A stretch of DNA of 63,620 nt, filler included, from Octopus bimaculoides (lineage: Eukaryota): the NCBI RefSeq assembly GCF_001194135.2. It is 5 parts of 5 records of this genome, joined end to end, with 100 filler letters (N's around TTAATTAATTAA, not from the genome) between each part and the next. Parts side by side here need not be neighbours in the genome. Positions count along the whole stretch, not along the records: positions 1 to 19,375 come from NC_068986.1; positions 19,476 to 40,514 come from NW_026334596.1; 3 more parts are not named here. One strand, written 5' to 3'. Positions within the stretch are counted from its first letter, which is position 1; each line of letters starts with the position of its first letter. Position numbers and translations under genes: made by a program. Below the pieces are notes generated by a model. That model was not told where the DNA came from, searched no databases, and worked only from the letters and a program-made list of their open reading frames with translations. Below are positions 12,926-24,495 of this stretch, piece after piece.

Positions 12926-14348
12926 ACTATCATCACCACCATATATTAATTGCTCTCTTCGGAGAAATACCCGGCAACTCTGCAACTTGTCTGGGACCCT
13001 TGGAAGAGCGACAGCGATGCCGTGACTCTTTCACTGACATCTACGCAAATCAACAAATGTCAGGGAGGAATTTTGTCTGTCTGAAATACTCGGAAAGAAA
13101 AGCTGGACCCAGGGATTCATGCTAAATATGGCGTGTCAGGTTACCTTTCCACCTCTTGTCAATAAGGGTGACAATAGGTAGGTAGGTTTGTGTTAATGTA
13201 GCTTGAGATAAGACAGTTCCGATGAGAAGTGGCCATTAGAGGACGGAAGGAAGTCTGGAGATGGGAAAAAAAGCGCATTGTTTACAAATTGTTGACATGA
13301 GAAGATTAATGTAAATAAAGGCGTGTTATATTCCTCGATCTTCTTTAATATCTGCAGCTAGTCAACACCCTAAATTAAAATGCAACAGTCCATTGTGTTA
13401 TTCACAGGATAAATGTAATATGATAATATTTTATAAGAGTTCGAGTACATTGAAGCACTGATAAGAAAGGTTACATTTTCGGATTCGAGTACATCCATTT
13501 CACGACTTGATTTTACAAAGAGAGACGGATATGCCAGGTGTCAGAAAGTCGGAACAGGAATTATATACAGTTGATTTGGGTGGAGCGAGAGACTGCCATT
13601 TTCTTATATGGCCATTTTTTATCGTTTGCGCTATATATCATGTATAGTGTACACACACATACACACACACACACATATACACACGCACACACACACACAC
13701 ACATACACACACACACACATGTAATTGTAAATAAAGCAAAAGGAACAGAAATTTCCATGAGAATATGGTGAAAAATAGACTTTAGATCGTCTAACCACAT
13801 ACAATGTTTTTCACAGGTAGGCAAATACGTATATATATATCAGAATTAGTCAGCCGTGGAAATCACTCTTCCTTAAGTATGTAGCTACATGTGTAAGAAA
13901 TGCAAGCACCACATGGCAAAACATAACAAAAACATTCAATGAAGAGGCCAGAAAAAACACACCCAACCGATAAATACAGAAAGCGAATCAATCAAACACA
14001 AGCAGCAAAATGAACTAGAAAGCCTACAAAAGGACGCAGTTGAAAAGACGAAATTCGCCCACTTTCCTCTACAAACAAAATTTAAGTTCATTCTAATCTC
14101 GGGAAGTGTTGGAGGAAAGAGTTTGTCTGTCACCCAGTAAATTAACTAACTTTTAAATGAGAATGACGAACATAGCCTCAGTAAATGGCGTAGGCACAAT
14201 TTGTACACTTTAGGTGGAGGTTGGGTAAATAATTTTAATTGGTAGTAAGAATGGTAGAAGAGATGTAATAATACTTGACTTGGTCCACGTAGAGGTTCTT
14301 CTATCGGCGCATGCGAATCTTTTTACGATTATATTGTTGCGATCTTAC

Positions 14349-14427
14349 CTTCTTTTTCTATGCTTTGAACACAAGCCATCGGAAATTTGTTATTCCTGCT
14401 TCCTATGTCGTTTGCTCTGTCACATTT
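14349..14427 (-). other. Candidate 79-nt coding exon (unverified)
   Basis: Minus-strand acceptor ttattatttccAG and consensus donor AAG|GTAAGA; only one frame open: KCDRANDIGSRNNKFPMACVQSIEKE. Confidence 0.35.
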
Positions 14428-14487
14428 CTGGAAATAATAAATAAATTATTCTTCGTCTTCTATATTAATAAATCGTTTTTATACATG

Positions 14488-14517
<30 letters not shown>

Positions 14518-14523
<6 letters not shown>

Positions 14524-15257
14524 CATAAATATACAGGCATTAGCATGAGTTGTTTCTCCAACATACTGAAAATTAAGAAATAGCAGTCAAAGAACTACTG
14601 ATTCCAAACAACAAATTTTTTTCTCTAACGGATGGCGATATTGTTAATTATTAATTTTATTACTAATTGACGATTCCCTACCCTATATCTGTATATTTAT
14701 ATTGATGCCTCTTATTGGATGGTTAAACTGTAACCCTTTTATACGGGACTTTTTATGCGGGACTATTTGTGGCGCACATGGAATAGATTCTTTGGGGTGA
14801 AGAGTTTAAACTTACTAGCCGATAAATTTTGTAAGTGCCTTCCTCATGTGTTTTTGATGTCGCATGGTCAAAATTCCCATGAGTTATATAGACACTTTCA
14901 AATTTATTCGAATATTGTACTGATGATCGGAATAGAGTACCTTCATACACTTAACCGTGAAACGTCGTACACGATTAACTAAAGGCAGGTTTGTTTTTGC
15001 TTTTCTCTTCTGTTTTTGTTCTGTGTGTGCCATAAATATCGCCATCCGTTAGAGAAAAAAATTTGTAGTTTGGAATCAGTAGTTCTTTGAGTGCTATTTC
15101 TAAATTTTCAGTATGTTGGAGAAGCAACTCATGCTAATCTCTGTATATTTATGATTATAAATGGTTTTACCGATAAGGGTTTTTTCATACTGAACTACTT
15201 GTCAACATTGTTAATTATTAATTTTATTACTAATTGACGATTCCCTGCCCTATATCT
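14518..15257. repeat. 125-bp inverted repeat (14518-14642, 15035-15159) plus 51-bp direct repeat (14640-14690, 15207-15257)
   Basis: Arms aligned by eye with about 6 mismatches; the direct repeat has 1 mismatch. Confidence 0.92.
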
Positions 15258-15362
15258 ATCTATATATATATATATATGTATATGTATGTACGTGTGTACA
15301 TTTATGTGCACATGAACGTACACACATACATATGAATATATATGCGTGTATATATATGTATG

Positions 15363-15407
<45 letters not shown>

Positions 15408-15739
15408 ATGTGTATGTAATGAACATAACTGTGTGTACACGTATTTCAGTGTTTCTTTATACTAACGTGTTTTTTACATCCCTCACTCCTTTTCACCCTC
15501 CCCCCATCCCTGTTACACGCCGCATAAATATTCCTCTTCGTATTAAAGTTTCTCAGATCCTTCCACCCTTACTACCTCTCCTGCCTCCCACCACGACTCA
15601 TCCACGTAATTCTCCTTATCTCTACATCTACACAAAATATTCTCTGTTACATTCCTTCACGTTTTTATATTCAATTTCTTAAAATATTTGCTGTACTCTA
15701 CAATTCAATAAGCATATTATCTGGCACAATAAAAATAGT

Positions 15740-15772
15740 AGCAATAATGATAATAATAATAATAATAATAAT

Positions 15773-15843
<71 letters not shown>

Positions 15844-15850
15844 CAGCAAT
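15740..15850. repeat. (AAT)n microsatellite
   Basis: Long trinucleotide run. Confidence 0.97.
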
Positions 15851-17589
15851 AATACTAATGATATCTACAAAACACCTCTATTTCTCACACTTACATGCAA
15901 TGCATTTTATATAAAATTGTTACAAAAAATATTTTGGGGTGGGCATAAAAAATAAATTTAGGGAGGGGCTTATTAATATAGGAATAAGGGAAGAAATGGT
16001 GAAAAGAAGAAAGAAAAAGAAAAAAAGAAATGGTTTTGAGGGAGTGAATAGGAAAACAAATAAAAGAAAGAAATGATGAAGAAGTATTGAAAGAAGAGTA
16101 TCAAAAAATAATTTGAAATGATACAAAGAGGAATATAAATCCGTCATTGCAAATAAACATCAACAACAACAACAACAACAACAACTGGAATAAGAAATAT
16201 TCTGCAACGGCAACAGCAATAAAATTGTAAGAACAGTAACAAACCAAAAGAAGTCTGTATATATATGGTCTGGAAGCGATGTGTGTAGGTGGTGCCAAAT
16301 GAAATACTGCAGATATTTTCAACAATGTCCGACAATAAATTGGCGCCTAGCGTATCGATAGCTCTAGATATATTCCTTTCTATATTTAATCACATTCGAT
16401 GGCGCGCTAAAAATAAATTACTTGTTACTTTGAGTTTCCGTAGGTTTTCGGCAATCTTTTTATACATCATTTCTTATATGTGTATTTTTTGTTTTTAGTT
16501 CTTGTCTTCTTATTTGCTCTTAAATGTATTTTCTAGTTACAGTTTCAACGGCGTATTTTCTTAGTATTTAAATTTGGTCTTGTTCGTATCCAGGTCGATA
16601 TCATTACTGCTGTTTTCGTCTTCATCTCGGTCCAGCATTCTCTACTTAATATTATGGCTTTTTATAACTGTTGTTGTTACTAGTGTAGTCTAGTTACTGG
16701 TCCTCTGTGATCGAGCACACCAACGATAAAAGAACATTCACCAAACGTTATGTATATCTAGAAATAACCATTTGCAAAGGGCCCGTTCTCTTTTACGACT
16801 CTAGCGTTTGATTTCAGATGGTTTTTGCTCCCTCGCCTATCATTATTGGCAACAACATAGAGATCCCGTTGAGGTTTCTTCGTCGTTGTCTTCATAATAT
16901 TGTATGAGCCTCTAGTAAATGCTATTTTTAGTGGTATTCTTCATGTGTTATCGTACCTTCCTCTTCGTGTCAATGGTTCTCCCACGATACCTTTCAATTC
17001 CTCTTTCCATAAAACTATAAAGAATTTACTTCGCATACTTGATGTCGGTATATTTTATTGATATTGATGTTATAGTAGTTTTGCCATGCTTTATATTTTA
17101 ACACTTGTGTGAATTATAATCCATTCGCAAACAGTCAATATGCGATTATTCCTGCTGTTTCTTGTTGGGTTACGTCCTCCGTCAAGAGCTGTTCTCTTTA
17201 GGTTTTGATGTTTCCTGAAATATATTTCTTTTCAATATCAGTCTTTATTTGTTATATTATTGTTTGTTCCATAATTCTTGCGGTTTTTTTTTTTGCTCTC
17301 ATCATACTCGGGCTACGCTATCTGCCGTGGTTTTCTTGCTCCTGTTTTTTTCAATTTCATTGCTTGCCCTTCCTTCCTCTTCTTTTCACTTTTGCCTTTC
17401 ATCCATTTGAAATTGATAAAATAAAATACCAGCCAAGAAGAAATGTGTTTATATGAAGTGTTAAGTTTTACACAGATACAAAGAAACAAGGAAGAAGAGA
17501 GATGAAAAGGGAAAAGAAAGAAGAGGAAAAGGGGAAAAAGGTCGGGGTAAAGAAGCGGAGGATAGAGGGGGGAGAGGGCGATGTACCAC

Positions 17590-17722
17590 GTATCACAGAA
17601 AAAATCCACCGAGGTCGGCATTGCCATTCATTCTTTAGGGGTCAATAAAACAAGTACCAGTTAAAACCTAGGGTTGATTAATCGACTTACTCTCTCCTAC
17701 GAACGTGCTGGCGTTGTGACAA
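17590..17722 (+). mobile_element. tRNA-SINE fragment (GCCTTTCATCC-core family)
   Basis: aaatccaccgaggtcggcattgccattcattctttaggggtcaataaaacaagtaccagt. Confidence 0.75.
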
Positions 17723-17733
17723 AAATGTGTAAC

Positions 17734-17788
<55 letters not shown>

Positions 17789-17821
17789 GTTGTTTTTGTT
17801 GTTGTTGTTGTTGTTGTTGTT

Positions 17822-17940
17822 GTGTTTTGACTTTGCTTTAATTTGTAGGAGTTGCACCCAAGATTTCGATCAGAGACGTCAAGGAACAAGAAGACCTTTC
17901 ATCTGAAGATGCTCACAAGTGAGGTGCCATGCATTAGGAA
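17822..17940 (-). mobile_element. Possible R4/Dong-like 3' UTR end abutting (AAC/AAT)n
   Basis: Minus strand ctctgatcgaaatcttgggtgcaactcctacaaattaaagcaaagtcaaaac resembles 36850-36900. Confidence 0.45.
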
Positions 17941-18419
17941 ACACTGATGTCTGTGGGAGACAAATATAGAGAGTGAATAACGTTACATTTACATGGAGAG
18001 GAAATTAATTAGAATATGTGATGTACCCGTATGTTTGATCTTTTGTTATTCTCTTATTTTGGAGCTTCCAGAGATTCGGTCTCCATATTTGTTCACTCCC
18101 CTTAGTTCCATTCAAGTGCTCCTATAACATTAAGGTAATCCATAGTTTACATGTGAATTCTGTCTTTTGCAATCATCCGTATAGGAACATCCTCACTCTT
18201 CTTACATTTACCGCTTCCACTGCTTAATGCTAGCAAACGATGATTGACCTTTGACGCTCAATTTAGCTCTTGGTGTCTCTCTCTCTCTATATATATATAA
18301 GTGTGTGTGTGCGTGTCTTGTATATTTTTGTATATCTAAGTTATATATACATATAGCTGTATGTATTTATATATTGTTAAAGACTGATACACACACACGC
18401 GTGTGTGCGCATACATATA

Positions 18420-18621
18420 CGAGGACTTGCTGAAAAGCCCCTGGGTTTAAGTGTACCAGGAAATACATGGTTAGAGTCCCAACATTCCGAGTCCTTTTAC
18501 AGAGCTTAGAATAACTGAATAAGTGCAATACGTTTGTGGATCTGAGAGGGGAATATGTTCAAAAATTATCTATCCTCCTGTATTCATTTCCCGAAACCCA
18601 GGAACTTTTCAGCACCCCGTC

Positions 18622-18622
<1 letters not shown>
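18420..18622 (+). mobile_element. Mariner-type MITE
   Basis: TA|CGAGGacttgctgaaaagcccctgg ... ccaggaacttttcagcaccccgtCG|TG; internal mariner C-terminal remnant gatctgagaggggaatatgtt; second copy at 56904. Confidence 0.85.
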
Positions 18623-18677
<55 letters not shown>

Positions 18678-18679
<2 letters not shown>

Positions 18680-18943
18680 CGTAATTATTATTATTGAAAT
18701 TATAATTAACGGTGTCTAAGAGATACCACCATGCTTGAAATATGCACGCGACTAATTTAAGTTATCGAATATTTTATTTATTTATTTATTTATTTTTGCT
18801 AGTTTATTTTGTTTCTTTGTCTTCTCTCGTGATGCTGTATGAACATTTAATGTGATTTTAGAGTCAAATTATGGCTGCTATTTCAAGCTTGGTGGTATCT
18901 CTTAGACACCATTAATTATAATTTTAATAATAATAATTACGTT
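18678..18943. mobile_element. Foldback/MITE-like element with about 80-bp terminal inverted repeats
   Basis: aacgtaattattattattgaaattataattaacggtgtctaagagataccaccatgcttgaaata matches its reverse complement ending at 18943. Confidence 0.8.
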
Positions 18944-19035
18944 TTGCGGCTTTTATTCCCATGCTAGTCACCTGATAAGATCGGTATTATTTTAAATAAC
19001 GATCTTATCCTTAGTTCTATAAATTTATATATATA

Positions 19036-19375
19036 CTAGCAGAAATACCCGGCTTTGCCCGGGTTAAAGAGAATAATGAAATCTAAAAACGCCGTCTAGA
19101 CTACGCAACCCTCAACTGTTAGTAGCTACGATACCATATTTCTACATTAATAACTCTCCAATCCATGCCAGCATGGAACATAGACATTAAGTGGAATGCC
19201 AGTGTCTCATCCAGGAGGGCCTTGAAATCAATGTTACCAACTGGGGACTATGTGTGTCGTAGTGATAATAAAAAGACCCAAAGGAGGTCTGCAACGAAAT
19301 AATTTTACTCAACACTTTGCAAGTGAATCAGTGGAGGCAAAGATGCGTCTCATTTACTTGACAATTTATGCACCA
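19036..19375 (-). mobile_element. Helitron 3' terminus (5' end lost in a gap)
   Basis: Minus strand ends CCCGGGCAAAGCCGGG (hairpin 19048-19063), 8 nt, CTAG|T, the canonical Helitron 3' structure. Confidence 0.7.
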
Positions 19376-19475
19376 NNNNNNNNNNNNNNNNNNNNNNNNN
19401 NNNNNNNNNNNNNNNNNNNTTAATTAATTAANNNNNNNNNNNNNNNNNNNNNNNNNNNNNNNNNNNNNNNNNNNN

Positions 19476-19540
19476 GTTTTCGCTCAATGAACACTCACAA
19501 CGCCCGGTCTGGGAATCGAAACCACTGAGCCATTGTGCCT
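19476..19540 (-). mobile_element. OR-type tRNA-Arg SINE head with internal deletion
   Basis: ggaggcacaatggctcagtggtt joined directly to tcgattcccagaccgggcgttgtgagtg. Confidence 0.75.
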
Positions 19541-20468
19541 CCATACATGTGCATATTCTTAGGTGTATGTCGATATCTATGTGTGAGTGGAGGCGCAATG
19601 GCCCAGTGGTTTCAGCTCATGAGCTGTGACCATGATGGGGCACCGCCATTTGGTGTTGCTACACAATTCTACTTCATGAATTTTACTTCATTAATTGACA
19701 TTTGGTGCATGAGAGAGTTTGATGCAACTGCCCTCATATATATATATATACATATATATATCTTCTTTTACTTGTTTCAGTCATTTGACTGCGGCCATGC
19801 TGGAGCAGCACCATGATATATATAAATTCATATATATATATATATGACTGAACTCTCAAGCTTGCGGTCGAATAAATATGGGAAGGCAAAGACAAAACGA
19901 CACGACAGAAAAACGAATACGTGTTTAGTAGCTTCGAACCTACGCACTCTTCATAACCTCAAGCACAGTCTTGGGTGCAAAACTGCACTTATAAATCGAT
20001 TTGTGAGAATCAAAATTGTAGGTATTGCTTCTATTTCGGAGACAAGGTCACCAGATTTGAGCTGAATGAAGTCGCTGGAAGGTACAGTTTGTTCTGGATC
20101 AGTAAATCTGGGACATAAAATAGAATTTGGTGTGGTTTTTACAATTAGTAATGAAATTGTACATAAACTAGAATCCTAATCAAATGGAATTAACGATCCC
20201 CTTATGTTATCGCCTACAAAAATATGCCGGACCAATAAGTGCTTCCGCACCAATACTTGGTTCTACAGATGCAGCCTAAGATAATTTCCATTCCGATTTA
20301 CTAATATCATTAAACCGAATTCCTCATCAAGATAATAGTATTCTTTTAGGAAATTTTAATGCCCGTGTTGGATCAAAATAGGTTTCTTGATCAACTATTC
20401 TTGGTAAACATGGTCTTGGTAAAATGAACTCAAACCGACTCTTGCTACAATCTTTCTGCCGTGAGTGT

Positions 20469-20880
20469 TATAGGCGCAGGAGTGGCCGTGTGGAAAGTAG
20501 CTTGTTTACCAATCACATGGTTCCGGGTTCATTCCCACTGCGTGGCACCTTGGGCAAGTGTCTTCTATTATAGCCTTGGGCCGACCAAAGCCTTGTGAGT
20601 GGATTTGGTAGACGGAAACTGAAAGAAGCCCGTCGTATATATGTATATATANNNNNNNNNNNNNNNNNNNNNNNNNNNNNCCCCCAACATCGCTTGACAA
20701 CCGATGCTCGTGTGTTTACGTCACCGTAACGTAGCGGTTCGGCAAAAAGAGACCGATAGAATAAGTACTAGGCTTACAGAGAATAAGTCGTTGGGTCGTT
20801 TTGCTCGACTAAAGACGGTGCTCCAGCATGGCCGCAGTCAAATGACTGAAACAAGTAAAAGAGTAAAAGAGTAAAAGAGT
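20469..20880 (+). mobile_element. CORE-like SINE with internal microsatellite, inserted in the RTE EN domain
   Basis: taggcgcaggagtggccgtgtgg..gtggcaccttgggcaagtgtctt..(gagtaaaa)n; short gagtgt duplication at the flanks. Confidence 0.9.
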
Positions 20881-21164
20881 GTGGACTTTCTGTCACCGAT
20901 ACACTTTTTCTTTTAGTTGTCCAATAAACTCAAAATAACTTGGTATTATCATAGACCAGGTCAAGGTCACTTGATTGATTAAGTGGTTGTCCGAAACTGA
21001 GATGGAAGTGATGGTAAATGAACACATTCTTACTATAAGTTAGAATGATGGTCTGACCATGCTATATTTTGCAGTAAGCTGCAAATGAGACCAAAACCGG
21101 CCATAAAAACAAAACTATATAAAAAAAAAAAAATCATGAGACTTGATATTTCAAAGTTCAAAAT

Positions 21165-21520
21165 AGATAACGGCATCGATATTCTCGTCCAAACATTTGA
21201 TGCAATTTTACATACTCGATGCTGTGGTTCACTGTTCTATATTGAAAATCATAACCAGTTTCAGGAAAGTGAAAGTAGGCCGGCCACAAGTCGCTGAAGA
21301 TTGTGGTTCCTGGAAGAACCGACTGATGTATGAATTCCTGTTGTGTGTCCGTGATTCCGACATGGCACCGCATAAAGAAAATAATGTCTAGTCTCGCGAC
21401 AGTCTCCTCTGCGAAAAAAATGTTCAGATAGCAAACATCCTTCCTCGGTTGAGAAGACCGTTTCGTCTATCTGAATGTTAGAATCGCAGAAAATATAGAA
21501 GAACCATGGGGTCAACATAG
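21165..21520 (-). mobile_element. Merlin/IS1595 (ISXO2-like) DDE transposase fragment nested in the RTE
   Basis: Two minus frames give IQIDETVF..RGDCRETRHYFLYAV and FIHQSVLPGTTIFSDLWPAY..GYDFQYRTVNHSIEYV; no TIRs seen. Confidence 0.85.
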
Positions 21521-22149
21521 AGATAGTATTTATGAGTCATCCAGAGAAGTTTTTAGGTTTTCATGCCATTGATACCAAGATTGGTTTAATGAAAAATGGC
21601 AATGTGACAAATGAACAGCTTAAAGAAACGTGTGAACTTCTTCAAAATGGATTACCGATACGGACGCTACTAGAAAGAAACAGCTTCACATGTTTGCCAA
21701 GAATTATATTCGAACTAAACACCGACAAATGACGCAACAGTGGTAGGAACAAAAGACCAAAAACTCTGCAAGAATCACCTGACAAATCCGACACGAAAGG
21801 CATTTATCAAAATTTGAAGGGTGTATTTAATCCAAGCAAAGGAGGGTTTTCTCCTGTTCTTTCTACAAAAGGACTTCTTCTCACATCTCGTAATGGCATT
21901 GAAGTGTTGGGCTGTATATTTTAAAGATGAACACAACAGAGATACTAATGTAGAGATGAACTCAATCAATAATCCCGACCAAAGAAGAAGAATTGATTCT
22001 CTCACACTGGATGCACGTCTGAATGGTGTGAAAGTGGCTATAAAATAATTGACAAATGGAAAATCTGGAGAGAATTCTATTGCTGGAGAGTTTCTTAAAT
22101 GTGGTGGAAATATTTTGATAGATAAATTATTTCAAATTTTTGCCAGAAG

Positions 22150-22575
22150 CTTGTGGGGAGGTGAGGATAAGTCGATCACATCGACCCCAGTGTTCAACTG
22201 GTACTTATGTAATTGATCCCTTAAGGATGAAAGGTAAAGTCGGCCTCGGCGTAATTTGAACTCAGAACGTAGCGACGAACGAAAGACCGCCAAGCATTTC
22301 GTCCAACGCGCTAACGATTCCGCCAGCTCACCGCCTTATTTTGAAACATAAATTTTCTTTTCTTTTCTACTCGAGGCATGGTCCCAAAATTTTTGGGGAA
22401 GGGGCCAATCGATTAGATCTGCCTCAGTACGCAAATGGTACTTAATCTATCGACCCCGAAAGGATGAAAGGCAAAGTCGGCCTCGGCGTAATTTGAACTC
22501 AAAACGTAGCGACGGACGAAAGACCGCCAAGCATTTCGTCCAGCGAGGGAACGACTTTGCCATCTCGCCGCCTTA
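22150..22575 (-). mobile_element. Two tandem tRNA-SINEs (GCCTTTCATCC-core family) inside the RTE
   Basis: aaggatgaaagg(t/c)aaagtcggcctcggcgtaatttgaactc..ccgccaagcatttcgtcc occurs twice. Confidence 0.88.
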
Positions 22576-22933
22576 TTTTGATACATAAATTGACAGAGTT
22601 TATGGTCCAAATGTGACAAATATTGGAACTGTCTCTCAACAGTTTAAAGACGCAATAATTGTTCGTCTATATAACTATAAAGGAAGTAAGAATGACAATT
22701 GTGACAATTATCGAGTCCTATCGATGCTCTCTGTTGATGGAAACATCATTTCTAGAGTCAGCTTCAACAGAATTAACGCCGACTTAATCGATTCTATCAA
22801 TCCAGAGAACCGGTGTGGGTTTAGATTGGGTCGAGGGAAAGTAGGGATAATATTCAAAGAGACAATTCAGGAGAAAGCTAAGGGTCACAATAAAGACATC
22901 TATGTTGTCTTTATTGGTCTTACAAAAGCCTTG

Positions 22934-23324
22934 GTGGAGGAGCAATGGCCCAGTGGTTAGGGCAGCGGACTCGCGGTCATAGGATCGCGGTTTCGATTCC
23001 CAGACCGGGCGTTGTGAGTGTTCATTGAGCGAAAACACCTAAAGCTCCATGAGGCTCCAACAGGGGGTGGCGGTGAACCCTGCTCTACTCTTTCACCGCA
23101 ACTTTCTCTCACTCTTACTTCCTGTTTCTGTTGTGCCTGTAATTGAAAGGGTCAGCCTTGTCACACTCTGTGTCACGCTGGATATCCCCGAGAACTACGT
23201 TAAGGGTACATGTGTCTGTGGAGTACTCAGCCACTTGCACGTTAATTTCACGAGCAGGCTGTTCCGTTGATCGGATCACCTGGAACCCTCGACGTCGTAA
23301 GCGACGGAGTTCCAACAACAAGCA
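22934..23324 (+). mobile_element. Full-length OR-type (tRNA-Arg-like, TCG) SINE
   Basis: Head ggaggagcaatggcccagtggttagggcagcggactcgcggtc..ggtttcgattccc; perfect 12-bp TSD acaaaagccttg (22922, 23325) splitting the RT motif TKA|FD. Confidence 0.93.
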
Positions 23325-23538
23325 ACAAAAGCCTTGATTCTGCAGACAGTTAGGGTCTCAGGAAAGTATTAGCAACATACGGTATTCCCGAACAAATTCT
23401 AAGCATCATAGTGTCCCTACATAATGATATGAAGGCATCTGTTCTCTGAAATGGCAATCATGATTTAACCTTCTGATGTCAAAAATAAGTCAAAACACGG
23501 CTGTGTTTGGCACCAGTAATATTTGCACTATTTTTTGT

Positions 23539-23845
23539 TACGACGACGAGAGTCCCAGCTGATACGATCAACAGAACAGCCTGCTCGTGAAATTAACATA
23601 CAAGTGGCTGAGCACACCACAGACACGTGTACCCCTGACGTAGTTGTCAGGGAGATTCAGCGTGACACAGAGTGTGACAAGGCCGGCCCTTTAAAATACA
23701 GGTAGTCATTTTTGCCAGCTGAGTGAACTGGAGCAACGTGAAATAAAGTGTCTTGCTCAAGGACACAATGCGTCGCCGGGAATTGAACTCACGACTTTAC
23801 GATCGGGAACCGAATGCCCTAACCACTGAGCCACGCGCCTTCACT
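23539..23845 (-). mobile_element. Full-length OR-type SINE with CORE-like domain
   Basis: Head gtgaaggcgcgtggctcagtggttagggc..gagttcaattccc, then tgtgtccttgagcaagacact; 11-bp TSD ctattttttgt (23528, 23846). Confidence 0.93.
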
Positions 23846-24150
23846 CTATTTTTTGTAATAATGTTAGATTGTGCGTTTTCTGATGTAGAAGAGGCTGTGT
23901 TTCTTAAATATTGGACAACGAGAGGCATCTTAAAACAACAGGATTAAAATTGCATCTCAGGACAATAAAAGACTTACTGTTTGCAGATGGATGTGCCCCA
24001 GTTGCCCATGATGCACTAGAGGGCATGCAGCACATCACTGATAGATTGGCAACACTAGCCAGATATTTTTGCTTAACCATCACCATAAATAAGATTGAAC
24101 TGCTGTATCAGCCACAGCCTAGTGACAATGTGTATACATACACAGGCTCG

Positions 24151-24167
24151 CAGATAGATAGACAGAC

Positions 24168-24221
<54 letters not shown>

Positions 24222-24247
24222 GTAGATAGATGGATAGATAGATAGAC

Positions 24248-24310
<63 letters not shown>

Positions 24311-24359
24311 CAGATAGATAGAGGGTTAAATAAATAGATAGATAAATAGATAGACACAC

Positions 24360-24406
<47 letters not shown>

Positions 24407-24411
24407 AATAG

Positions 24412-24495
<84 letters not shown>
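24151..24495. repeat. (GATA)n microsatellite ending the RTE copy
   Basis: Long tetranucleotide run. Confidence 0.97.

Larger units (their letters stand above)
19845..24135 (+). mobile_element. Decayed RTE-clade LINE (APE endonuclease plus most of RT), 3' truncated, with nested insertions
   Basis: EN: NLRTL, SETR, ISASAP, ILLGNFNARVG, LGKHGLGKMNSN, HLID, SDH-like. Linker: YQDWFNE, KAFYQNLKGVF. RT: FKDAIIV, NYRVLSMLS, CGFRLGRG, FIGLTKA|FDS, GCVLAP-like, LLFADGCA. Many stops and frameshifts. Confidence 0.93.

Noticed and set aside
12972-13254. Minus-strand segments with strong acceptors (13254, 13080) as coding exons
   Set aside because: All three frames contain stops when taken to the obvious donors; they could only be non-coding exons and have no other support.
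19376-19475. TTAATTAATTAA motif inside N runs (also near 40560, 58818 and 61983)
   Set aside because: Each is centred in a 100-bp gap (about 44 N, 12 nt, 44 N) and has stops in all six frames; it is a scaffolding spacer, not biology.
22934-23010. Functional tRNA genes (tRNA-Arg-like and other A/B-box heads)
   Set aside because: No complete cloverleaf or acceptor stem; they continue into SINE bodies with TSDs.
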